Program-made: the position numbers and the translations under genes
From: Nitrospirota bacterium
GTDB taxonomy: Bacteria; Nitrospirota; UBA9217
Direction of reading: 5' to 3'
Length of the DNA: 34,637 bases
Assembly: GCA_029858565.1 (NCBI GenBank)
Contig: JAOUEV010000036.1
Span: forward strand, 1-34,637
Shown: positions 1-7,464 of the stretch, in pieces
Layout: the number at the start of each line of letters is the position of its first letter
Numbering within the stretch: position 1 is the stretch's first letter
Notes under the pieces: model-generated
Told to the model about the DNA's origin: nothing
Databases searched by the model: none
Seen by the model: only the letters and a program-made list of their open reading frames with translations

Positions 1-32
1 GTTGGTGAAAGGATTTGCTTGGCGGCAATCCT

Positions 33-61
33 TTTATATCCGCTTCTACAGCGGCCAGCAA
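33..61 (-). promoter_or_regulatory. Putative sigma70 promoter for a gene beyond the left edge of the window
   Basis: Minus strand TTGCTG(61-56)-N17-TATAAA(38-33), preceded by an A-tract resembling an UP element. Confidence 0.4.
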
Positions 62-193
62 GGTTTTTTTGTTTCTCACGGCATCTTTCTATCGCGGGAT
101 TGGGGAGCGGTGATCTCATAACGGAAATGACGAACTTATGTTGCTCGGGATTGAATACAGAAGAAAAGAATAACTGGAGGAGTGCAGCTGATG

Positions 194-1537
194 CTACTTA
201 CCGCTTATGGAGAGCTCCTTGATGCGCAGCGAAGGACTGCCGATCCTGCCGGAGAACCGAAGGTCGCTGCAGACCGCGTCAACGTTCATCATCACATCAA
301 GGATATTGCCGGCAATGGTGATCTCGCGGACCGGGTAGGCCTTGGCGCCCTTCTCGATCCAGAAGCCCGTAGCGCCAACAGAGAAGTCGCCGGATATGGG
401 ATTGGCAGTATGTGCACCCATGATCTCGGTGACCAGAAGGCCCCGTTCTGTATCGCTGATGAGCTGAGCAGGAGTGATCGTACCGGGCTGGATGAATAGG
501 TTTGTCATACCAACGCCGGGAATTCCCTTGAACCCGCCGCGGATGCCGTTGCCAGTCGACTGTGTGCCATCCTTGCGGGCGGTATAGGCATTATACAGGA
601 ACATCGAGAGACGTCCCTTGTCCACCACGGTCTTGGTCCGCGTGGGCACCAGTTCGTCGTCCGAAGGAGCCGTACCTAGCCCGCCTTCACGAAGGCCGTC
701 GTCAATGATCGTGATCAGGGGCGACGCAATTGCCCTATCCAGTTTGCCGATCAGGAGGGATTTCTTCTTCTGCACGTTCTCGGCAGAGAAGCCGCTTGCC
801 AGGATCGAGAGGAATTCCTCGGCAACGGCATTGTCGAGGATCACCGGAGCCTTGACCGAATCAATATGGCGGGCTCCCAGCAGGTCCAGGGCCTTGCTTG
901 CGGCGCGCCTGCCCACGCCTTCGATATCAATGTCCTTGTAGAACCGGCGAACATCGAAATCCCAGCCCGCCTGGGCCTCTCCCCCGGCTTCAGCGACCGC
1001 TTCGATGCTTGCGGATACAGCGGTCGAACGATAGGAAACCTCATTGCCCCGGCTGCTCCTGATGAGCGTTTCCGATTCAGAAAAGCTCGCCGATGCCTTA
1101 CGAATGCGCTTTATCCGGGAGTCAACTCCATAGGCCGCCCGCTCCATGGCCATGACCCGGTCGATCTTTTCCTGCTCTGAGATCCCGGCCACGACAGGAT
1201 CATGGATGATCACGTGCGAATAGGAAGCGCCGGCTATTTCCGGCAGAACTGCAAGCGGGTCCCGGTCAATGCTTTTTGCGTTATCTATCGCCCCGTCAAC
1301 GAGCGTTGCCAGGCCCTCTCTGGTGAAATCCGTGGTAAAGGCGAATCCTATGCGCTCGTCTGTCAGGACCCGGAGACCGATGCCGATGTCCCGGGCGCGC
1401 TCAAAAGCGTCGACCTTCTGGTCCTTGATCTCCACGGACGTCGCGACCGAGCTGCGAAGATAGATCTCCACCCCGCCGGGGCAGCATTTAGCCGTCCGGG
1501 CCAGGACCGTGTCTGAAATATGTTTGGGGTCGATCAT
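194..1537 (-). CDS. pmbA: TldE/PmbA family protein (non-catalytic partner of TldD)
   Basis: N-terminal GIGLRVL..RIGFAFTTD and C-terminal ANPISGDFSVGATGFWIEKG..PVREITIAGN..SPSLRI are typical; no HExxxH. Start trimmed to MIDPKH (1537) because the longer ORF overlaps queD. Confidence 0.9.
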   Translation of the reverse strand: MIDPKHISDTVLARTAKCCPGGVEIYLRSSVATSVEIKDQKVDAFERARDIGIGLRVLTDERIGFAFTTDFTREGLATLVDGAIDNAKSIDRDPLAVLPEIAGASYSHVIIHDPVVAGISEQEKIDRVMAMERAAYGVDSRIKRIRKASASFSESETLIRSSRGNEVSYRSTAVSASIEAVAEAGGEAQAGWDFDVRRFYKDIDIEGVGRRAASKALDLLGARHIDSVKAPVILDNAVAEEFLSILASGFSAENVQKKKSLLIGKLDRAIASPLITIIDDGLREGGLGTAPSDDELVPTRTKTVVDKGRLSMFLYNAYTARKDGTQSTGNGIRGGFKGIPGVGMTNLFIQPGTITPAQLISDTERGLLVTEIMGAHTANPISGDFSVGATGFWIEKGAKAYPVREITIAGNILDVMMNVDAVCSDLRFSGRIGSPSLRIKELSISGK

Positions 1538-1565
1538 AGGTGATCGTTCGGATGCGGGAAGCTGA

Positions 1566-1934
1566 TTATTCGAAGTAGCTCGCTGATGCAGTGTCGGACT
1601 CCCAGACCGTGACGCTGGCGACCTCGACATTGCCGTCGTCGATCTTCTTTGCCATGCTGTCGTAGATCCATTTTGCCAGGTTCTCCGACGAAGGATTGAT
1701 CTGGGTAAAGGGGAAGATATCGTTCAGGAAAGTATGCTCGAGCTGGTCCAGGACCTCGCGCAGATGTTTCTTGAGGTCGTGAAAATCGATCGCCAGCCCC
1801 TGCTCGTTCAGGCGCTCCGCCGTGACGGCAACGGTCACCCGCCAGTTATGGCCGTGCAGCCGTTCGCATTTGCCTTCGTATCCCCGCAGCTGGTGAGCAG
1901 CGGCGAATTTTGATTCAACCATGAGTTCGTACAT
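1566..1934 (-). CDS. queD: 6-carboxy-5,6,7,8-tetrahydropterin synthase
   Basis: FAAAHQL, CERLHGHNW, LAIDF, NPSSENLA and VTVWES motifs of QueD/PTPS. Confidence 0.95.
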   Translation of the reverse strand: MYELMVESKFAAAHQLRGYEGKCERLHGHNWRVTVAVTAERLNEQGLAIDFHDLKKHLREVLDQLEHTFLNDIFPFTQINPSSENLAKWIYDSMAKKIDDGNVEVASVTVWESDTASASYFE

Positions 1935-1941
1935 GGCGGAG

Positions 1942-1970
1942 ATATTAAGTTATGGTCGCGAAAAAGTCAA
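1942..1970 (-). promoter_or_regulatory. Putative sigma70 promoter of queD-pmbA (leaderless geometry)
   Basis: TTGACT(1970-1965)-N17-TAATAT(1947-1942), then 7 nt to the ATG; no SD. Confidence 0.55.
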
Positions 1971-2031
1971 CAGGCAAAACCGGCTGCTTTTTTTCTGGAT
2001 AAAATCAACGGATTCGGATATGCTGAATGCC

Positions 2032-2703
2032 ATGAAACAGCCCAGGAACGTGTCGCTTTTCAAGGACCTCTCCGATGCCGAGTATAAGGAGCTGGAGCCT
2101 TATCTCGCGACCTCGGAGATCAAGAAGAAGGAAACGATCTTCTCCGAAGGGGAGCCCCCGGAATGGTTCTATGTCGTGCTTTCCGGCAAGGTCAAGATCA
2201 CCAAGCTGTCCCAAGACGGCAAGGAGATCATCCTCGAGGTCATATCGCCTACAGATATCTTCGGCGGCGTCGCGGTGATCAAGGGATTCCCCTATCCTGC
2301 CAACGCGGTCGCAATGGAGGACTCGGAGATCCTCAAGATCTCCCGCAAGAACCTGATGCGCCTGGTGGACCGTTTTCCGAACCTCATGTACTGCATGGCC
2401 ATGCAGCTGGGCGACCGGATGAAGAGCTCCTACGATTCGCTCAAGAATATCGCCCTGGAGCGGGTCGAAGCCAGGATCGCCGCTCTGCTGCTCAAGCTTG
2501 CCGGCAAGATCGGCAAGGAGACCAAAGAGGGCCTTGTGATCGATATGCGGTTGACCAAGCAGGATGTGGCCGACATGGTCGGCACGACCGTTGAAACATC
2601 GATCCGCACGTTCAGCAAGTTCAAGAAGCAGGAACTGGTGTCCGAAGTGGACGGGAAGATCGTCATCAAGGACCGCGACGGTCTGGCGTCCTTTTCGTCA
2701 TAG
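2032..2703 (+). CDS. Crp/Fnr family transcriptional regulator (DNR/HcpR-like, no Fe-S cysteine cluster)
   Basis: cNMP-type beta-roll (IFSEGEPPEWFYVVLSGKVKITK..DGKEIIL) and Crp HTH (LTKQDVADMVGTTVETSIRTFSKF); only one Cys. Start is 2032 or 2020. Confidence 0.9.
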   Translation: MKQPRNVSLFKDLSDAEYKELEPYLATSEIKKKETIFSEGEPPEWFYVVLSGKVKITKLSQDGKEIILEVISPTDIFGGVAVIKGFPYPANAVAMEDSEILKISRKNLMRLVDRFPNLMYCMAMQLGDRMKSSYDSLKNIALERVEARIAALLLKLAGKIGKETKEGLVIDMRLTKQDVADMVGTTVETSIRTFSKFKKQELVSEVDGKIVIKDRDGLASFSS

Positions 2704-2772
2704 CGAAGAAGCTCTGGGCTCATGGCAAACGACGAAGAGCTGCCTTGCCGTCATGGACAGCGACCTCCCTAA

Positions 2773-3180
2773 CTACGAACTTACCGGCGGCATCATGGTC
2801 TTGAGCATGTTATAAAAGAACAAGAAGACCGAAACAAGCTCGACCACACCGGCAAGGACCGTCAGGGCGACCAGCGCGCTCGACGGATTGTACAGGTTGA
2901 GGGTGTACGCCGCCAGCATCACGACCAAACCCACGTTCGCCATCCAGAACTGCACTTCCCCGATCTTTTTGCTGTGCATCTGCCGCCCCATGAACTTCGG
3001 CAGGATATGGTAGCCCACGCCGTAGATCATCATGGAAACCCATCCAAGCATGTTAAGATGGGAGTGAACGAACTTGAGCGCCATCGCTTTTTCGCTCCCC
3101 AGCATGGCGATGCCGACCACTGCAGCCAAGCCTAGATACACGATGCTCATGATGATGAACCTGCGAACGAATGTTTCCAT
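2773..3180 (-). CDS. Small ~4-TM membrane protein resembling the C-terminal helices of heme-copper oxidase/NO reductase subunit I
   Basis: Four hydrophobic segments; VHSHLNMLGWVSMMIYGVGYHILPKF motif; GAGGAGG SD upstream. Confidence 0.75.
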   Translation of the reverse strand: METFVRRFIIMSIVYLGLAAVVGIAMLGSEKAMALKFVHSHLNMLGWVSMMIYGVGYHILPKFMGRQMHSKKIGEVQFWMANVGLVVMLAAYTLNLYNPSSALVALTVLAGVVELVSVFLFFYNMLKTMMPPVSS

Positions 3181-3211
3181 TTACTGACCTCCTCGGGATC
3201 TTTTTGCAGAG

Positions 3212-3220
3212 AGTATAGCA
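3212..3220 (-). promoter_or_regulatory. Extended -10 element (TGcTATACT) for the membrane-protein gene
   Basis: Near-consensus TGnTATAAT, starting 29.5 bp from the centre of the 3239-3254 palindrome. Confidence 0.6.
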
Positions 3221-3238
3221 TACTGACACGGCTGCGGC

Positions 3239-3254
3239 TATGATGCCGGTCATA
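3239..3254. promoter_or_regulatory. Crp/Fnr-type operator 1: TATGA-TGCCGG-TCATA
   Basis: Perfect 5-6-5 inverted repeat with CRP-box geometry (TGTGA-N6-TCACA); second copy at 3313. Confidence 0.75.
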
Positions 3255-3312
3255 CATGCCGGCAATGCTATTTGTCCGCCGGTCCTGCATCTCTCCTATG
3301 TTTTTCCTGCCC

Positions 3313-3328
3313 TATGATATGCGTCATA
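3313..3328. promoter_or_regulatory. Crp/Fnr-type operator 2: TATGA-TATGCG-TCATA
   Basis: Same arms as operator 1; centre is 28.5 bp upstream of a TGgTATCAT extended -10. Confidence 0.75.
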
Positions 3329-3345
3329 CTGTTCCTGGCGGAACG

Positions 3346-3354
3346 TGGTATCAT
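3346..3354 (+). promoter_or_regulatory. Extended -10 element (TGgTATCAT) for the DUF1858 operon
   Basis: Near-consensus; would place operator 2 at about -41.5. Confidence 0.6.
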
Positions 3355-3392
3355 AAGTCCACAACAAGGACCCAAGACCCAAGGAGGTTGAC

Positions 3393-3605
3393 ATGACCGC
3401 AGAGAAGAATAAAGTGACCAAGGACACGCTCATCGGCGATGCTATCAAGAACGTACCCGGAGCAAGGGCCGTCATTGAGAAGTATTTCGGCAACGGCTGC
3501 TTCACCTGCCCTGGCATCAACGTGGAGTCCATATCCTTTGGCGCCATGATGCACAATCTGGACCCGGACAAGATCGTTAACGAGATCAACGAACAGGAGG
3601 GATAA
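3393..3605 (+). CDS. DUF1858-type / hybrid-cluster-protein-associated redox disulfide domain protein
   Basis: VTKDTLIGD..PGARAVIEKYFGNGCFTCP..ESISFGAMMHNLDPDKIVNEIN fits the family pattern with CxxC; AAGGAGG SD. Confidence 0.85.
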   Translation: MTAEKNKVTKDTLIGDAIKNVPGARAVIEKYFGNGCFTCPGINVESISFGAMMHNLDPDKIVNEINEQEG

Positions 3606-3606
3606 C

Positions 3607-3744
3607 GTGACAAAACCGGAGATCAAATGCTTTGTCTGCGGGTCTGACGACACCGCCAAGACATACCTGCCCTGCTATCACGAAGGCAAGGAAAAGATCG
3701 TCTGTACCCGCTGTCTTCCCGCGCTGATCCATGGATCTCACTGA
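3607..3744 (+). CDS. Unannotated 45-aa Cys-rich putative metal-binding protein (MTKPEIKCFVCGSDDTAKTYLPCYHEGKEKIVCTRCLPALIHGSH)
   Basis: Hand translation: GTG at 3607 just after the upstream TAA, AGGAGG SD at 3595-3600, two CxxC pairs, TGA at 3742-3744, then a terminator. Absent from the ORF track because it is short. Confidence 0.8.
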   Translation: MTKPEIKCFVCGSDDTAKTYLPCYHEGKEKIVCTRCLPALIHGSH

Positions 3745-3772
3745 AGAGATTTTACCGCTACTTTCACGATGC

Positions 3773-3808
3773 AGCCTCCGGATATCCGGAGGCTTTTTTT
3801 ATTTTTTT
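3773..3808 (+). terminator. Rho-independent terminator
   Basis: AGCCTCCGGA-TA-TCCGGAGGCT inverted repeat followed by T-tracts. Confidence 0.85.
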
Positions 3809-3847
3809 GAATAGAATTTCCTGTTCGTTCTTGGTAAATTTAGCATT

Positions 3848-4537
3848 ATGAAGAATGAATTAGCAGTCGTACTGGTAAGCGGCGGCATGGACAGCTGCGT
3901 TACTGCCGCGATCGCGAACAGGAGCCACCGCCTTGCCTTCCTGCACGTGAACTACGGCCAGCGGACCGAAGGCCGTGAGCTCCTCTCGTTCAACGAGATC
4001 GCGGATTTTTACAAGGCGGAAAAGCGCCTTATCGTGAGCATCGAGCACCTGAAGGTGATCGGCGGATCGGCACTTACTGACATTAATATCCCAGTCCCGG
4101 AGACCGGCCATTCTCAATCCGCAATCCGCAATCCGCAATCCGCAATTCCGGTAACCTACGTTCCCTTTCGCAACGCCCATCTCCTTTCGATCGCCACCTC
4201 ATGGTCAGAAGTGATCGGGGCCCGCTGGATATACATCGGCGCTGTTGAAGAGGACAGTTCAGGTTACCCCGACTGCAGGGAAGTGTTCTACCAGGCTTTC
4301 AACAAGGTGATCGAAACGGGGACGCGGCCTGAAACGCGGATCGAGATCGCAACACCTCTGATCCACATGAAGAAAGCCGAGATCGTGAAACAAGGAAGAG
4401 AGCTGGGCGCACCGCTCCACCTCACCTGGAGCTGTTATCAGGATAATGAAAAAGCCTGTGGAAAATGCGAGAGCTGCCTTTTTCGGCTGAAGGGTTTTCG
4501 CGACGCGGGCGTGACAGATCCGATCCCCTACCGTTAG
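3848..4537 (+). CDS. queC: 7-cyano-7-deazaguanine synthase
   Basis: SGGMDS PP-loop, YGQR, TYVPFRN, GYPDCR and TWSCY..CGKCESC zinc site. Confidence 0.97.
   Translation: MKNELAVVLVSGGMDSCVTAAIANRSHRLAFLHVNYGQRTEGRELLSFNEIADFYKAEKRLIVSIEHLKVIGGSALTDINIPVPETGHSQSAIRNPQSAIPVTYVPFRNAHLLSIATSWSEVIGARWIYIGAVEEDSSGYPDCREVFYQAFNKVIETGTRPETRIEIATPLIHMKKAEIVKQGRELGAPLHLTWSCYQDNEKACGKCESCLFRLKGFRDAGVTDPIPYR
4115..4146 (+). repeat. Tandem heptamer (CAATCCG)x4 plus partial copy, inside queC
   Basis: Four perfect copies at 4115-4142 then CAAT; encodes [11 protein letters not shown]. Confidence 0.9.
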
Positions 4538-4555
4538 ATCGACATCCTCTGCAGA

Positions 4556-5806
4556 TCAGGAAAGGAAACTGGTCACCAGAAGCAGGACCGTCAGTGTGAT
4601 CAGGACCAGGACCATTGCCCAGGTGATGATGTTCATTCTCCGGGAGTTGACATAATCTCCCATGAGCGAGCGATCGTTCACAAGCCTGAGCATGATCACC
4701 AGTACGATCGGAAGCAGGATGCCGTTGATGGTCTGGGAAAAGAACATGATCTTGATGAGTGGTATGTCCGGGATCATGATGATCCCCGCGCCGATCACGA
4801 TAAAAGCGGTATAGAATCCCAGGAACTGCGGCGCCTCGCTAAAGGTCTTGTTGATCCCCGATTCCCATCCAAAGGCCTCGGACAATCCATAGGCCGTGGC
4901 CAGCGGCAGTACAAAGGCAGCAAGGAAGGACGCGTTCAGCAGGCCGAGCGCAAAGAGGTGAGCCGAGAACGGTCCGGCCAGCGGTTCCAGGGCCTTTGCA
5001 GCGTCCTCTGCCGAATCGATGATAACGCCTGCGGGATGAAGGATCGTCCCTGTGCAGAGCACAATGAAGAAAGCGATGAACACGGTCATAAAAGCGCCTA
5101 CATAGGCATCGTACCGTGCGTAGGAGTATTCCTCGACCCGCACCCCCTTGTCCACGACCGCCGATTGCAGATAGAACTGCATATAGGGCGTCACGGTCGT
5201 ACCGACCATGGTGATGAACAGCAGAAAGTAGTCACGGTCCATCCGCACCTGGGGGAAGGATATCTGCCGCGCCACTTCCTTCCAGGGAGGGTTTGCCATG
5301 AACCCGGACACCACATACGTGAAGTAGACCAGGCTGATCACGATCATGAACCGTTCTACCTGCTTGAAATTCCCCTTCACCACCACGAACCAGACGACAA
5401 AGGCCGACACCGGCACGGAAACATACTTATGGATCCCGAACAGCTCCATGCTTGCGGCAATGCCGGCGAACTCGGCGATGGTGACCGTGAGATTGGCGAA
5501 CACGAAGAGCGTCATGATCGCCAGGGTCACGCGGACGCCGAACTGCTCACGTACCAGGTCACCGAAACCCTTCCCGGTAACGACCCCCATGCGAGCGGAC
5601 ATTTCCTGGATCACCGCGAGAGCGAAGGTGATGAGCAGGAGCGCCCAGAGCAGGCCGTAGCCCTCACGGGCGCCCACGATCGAGTACGTGGCGATTCCGC
5701 CTGCGTCGTTCCCGGCATTCCCGGCAATGACCCCGGGTCCGATCACGGCAAGGACCGCGAGAATGCGGCGCTTCACAAAGAATTGTTTCAAGCGTTCGAT
5801 GACCAT
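4556..5806 (-). CDS. NRAMP-related divalent cation transporter (NRMT-like, probably Mg2+)
   Basis: Multi-TM protein; GPG..NAGNDAGGIATYS in place of DPGN; IQEMSARMGVVTGKG; GTTVTPYMQFYLQS. Start trimmed to MVIERL. Confidence 0.88.
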   Translation of the reverse strand: MVIERLKQFFVKRRILAVLAVIGPGVIAGNAGNDAGGIATYSIVGAREGYGLLWALLLITFALAVIQEMSARMGVVTGKGFGDLVREQFGVRVTLAIMTLFVFANLTVTIAEFAGIAASMELFGIHKYVSVPVSAFVVWFVVVKGNFKQVERFMIVISLVYFTYVVSGFMANPPWKEVARQISFPQVRMDRDYFLLFITMVGTTVTPYMQFYLQSAVVDKGVRVEEYSYARYDAYVGAFMTVFIAFFIVLCTGTILHPAGVIIDSAEDAAKALEPLAGPFSAHLFALGLLNASFLAAFVLPLATAYGLSEAFGWESGINKTFSEAPQFLGFYTAFIVIGAGIIMIPDIPLIKIMFFSQTINGILLPIVLVIMLRLVNDRSLMGDYVNSRRMNIITWAMVLVLITLTVLLLVTSFLS

Positions 5807-5858
5807 TATAAATATACCGGGCTGGACTACCGGGAGCAGTGCCGACAAGGGCCGGCGG

Positions 5859-7124
5859 TCAGATCTTTCTCCGTTTCTTTCTCGATGCGGGGGGCAGCAG
5901 GAAATCCACGACGTCGTCAACGGTCACGATCCCGCGCATGACCATATTCTCATCCACGACCGGCGCGGCAAGCAGGTTGTATTTCGAAATGAACTCGGCA
6001 ACGTCCATTTGTTCCGCGTCAAGCGAAAGGGTCTTCATGGGCGACCGCATGATGTCCTGCAATAGGGTCTCGGGCCGCGCCATGATCAGACTCTTGAGCG
6101 AGAGCACTCCGAGCAGCCGCTCCTGGTCATCGGTAATATAGAGATAGTAGACCGTTTCCACATCCGGGGCCTCCAGCCTCAGTTCCCGGATCGCATCCTC
6201 GACGGTCATATCAGGCGGGAAGGCCAGATACTCGGTCGTCATGAGGCCGCCTGCGGTGTCCTCCTCGTGCTCCAGAAGTTCCTGCACGTCCTCGGCCTCG
6301 TCCTTTTCCATGAGATTGATCAGTTCCTGGGCCTTGGCCTCCGGCAGATCTCCGAGAACGTCGGCAGCCTCGTCCGGCGGCATCTGTTCAAGAATATCCG
6401 ACGCTTTCTCCTTGGACATGTCATCAATGATGTCCGCCTGGACGCTCGGCTCCAGTTCGTGCAGTGCTTCGGCCGCCGTTTCGACGTCCAGCGACCCGAA
6501 AATGGCGCTCCGCTCCTTCTGAGACACTTCGCTGATGATCTCCGCGAGGTCAGCCGGGTGGAGCTGCGCGGCCTTCTGGCGGGAAACGGTCAGCGTAAGT
6601 TTGTTCAGTTTTGGCTCCACCGGCTGCAGGTAATGCCACCCGATCAGGACGTTCTGAAGACGATACCGCAGGACAGAAAGCAATCGTTCTCCCCTTGCCT
6701 CCACCCCGAGGCGCCGCAGGATGCCTCGCAGGCCGATGTCCGCCGCTATGAGCGATACCCGGCCGTTCACATCTCCCAGTTTGAGATCGTTGACCCGCAC
6801 GAGCTTGGCTCCATTGATGTCGACGATCTGTTTATCCAGGATATCCCGGCAGATAAGCACCTCCGCCGGCTCTATGACCGCAGGCGAAAGCTGGTCTCTC
6901 AGGAGGTTCACGGAAATTACCCGTTTATTGAACAGGTTGATCTGGTCCCAGGGAATGAGGTAGGTGAGCTTGCCGGACTTGACGACCAGCGCGGTTACCG
7001 AAGGAAAGGGGTCGCCCTGGCCGACAGTGATATCGGTCAGTTTCCCGATCTCTTCGCCAGCCCGGTCAAGAACCGGTTTCCTGTGCACCTCGCTGACAAA
7101 GATATCTCCGGCGAAAAAGGGCAT
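5859..7124 (-). CDS. MgtE-like cytosolic protein (PRC-barrel + MgtE N-domain + CBS pair), no TM domain
   Basis: LHPADLAEII, MPPDEAADVL, TAGGLMTTEY, YNLLAAPVVD..GIVTVDDV; ends immediately after the CBS pair. Confidence 0.88.
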   Translation of the reverse strand: MPFFAGDIFVSEVHRKPVLDRAGEEIGKLTDITVGQGDPFPSVTALVVKSGKLTYLIPWDQINLFNKRVISVNLLRDQLSPAVIEPAEVLICRDILDKQIVDINGAKLVRVNDLKLGDVNGRVSLIAADIGLRGILRRLGVEARGERLLSVLRYRLQNVLIGWHYLQPVEPKLNKLTLTVSRQKAAQLHPADLAEIISEVSQKERSAIFGSLDVETAAEALHELEPSVQADIIDDMSKEKASDILEQMPPDEAADVLGDLPEAKAQELINLMEKDEAEDVQELLEHEEDTAGGLMTTEYLAFPPDMTVEDAIRELRLEAPDVETVYYLYITDDQERLLGVLSLKSLIMARPETLLQDIMRSPMKTLSLDAEQMDVAEFISKYNLLAAPVVDENMVMRGIVTVDDVVDFLLPPASRKKRRKI

Positions 7125-7164
7125 CCTGCGCTCCGGGTGAGGTCGGGATCAATGTGTCGCGCTG

Positions 7165-7192
7165 ATTATACCAGTGGTCGTTTTCAAGTCAA
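7165..7192 (-). promoter_or_regulatory. Putative sigma70 promoter of the MgtE-like/NRAMP operon
   Basis: TTGACT-N16-TATAAT with TG extension. Confidence 0.6.
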
Positions 7193-7464
7193 GAAAAAAG
7201 GCCTTTGAGCATGCATTGATGTGCTAGAATTGATTTAGAAAATGGATGCCCTTTGAAGTTACCACAGAACACGGTTGCTGGCGGATTTGAGTTCCCATTC
7301 TCGTAGATGGAAAGTTACAGCTGATCGTAGTACTGTTTCTATAAGCCTTTAAAATATCAATATAAATAAATTTAAGATGATAGAACCAGGCATTTCTGTT
7401 ATAGTTTTCGAGCGTTGGGCGAACTTCCTTACCGCACCGGCCTCATTGAAAGGAGATCGTTTCC

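Noticed and set aside
1935-2031. Possible preQ1 riboswitch before queD (or before queC)
   Set aside because: No aptamer visible, and both genes look leaderless
3366-3385. Short GACCCAA direct repeat in the DUF1858 leader
   Set aside because: Only two copies; could be chance
1566-4537. queD/queC as part of a 7-deazaguanine DNA-modification (dpd) island
   Set aside because: No dpdA/tgt-like, helicase or mobility genes nearby; ordinary queuosine synthesis is the simpler explanation
7386-7405. Possible sigma54 promoter (AGGCAT...) before the PhoU-like gene
   Set aside because: The -12 GC is missing; an extended -10 (TGtTATAGT) explains the region better
7125-7464. Possible M-box or yybP-ykoY riboswitch upstream of the metal-transport operon
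   Set aside because: No conserved aptamer or terminator recognised, and the best promoter leaves only a ~35-nt leader; an Rfam scan would settle it
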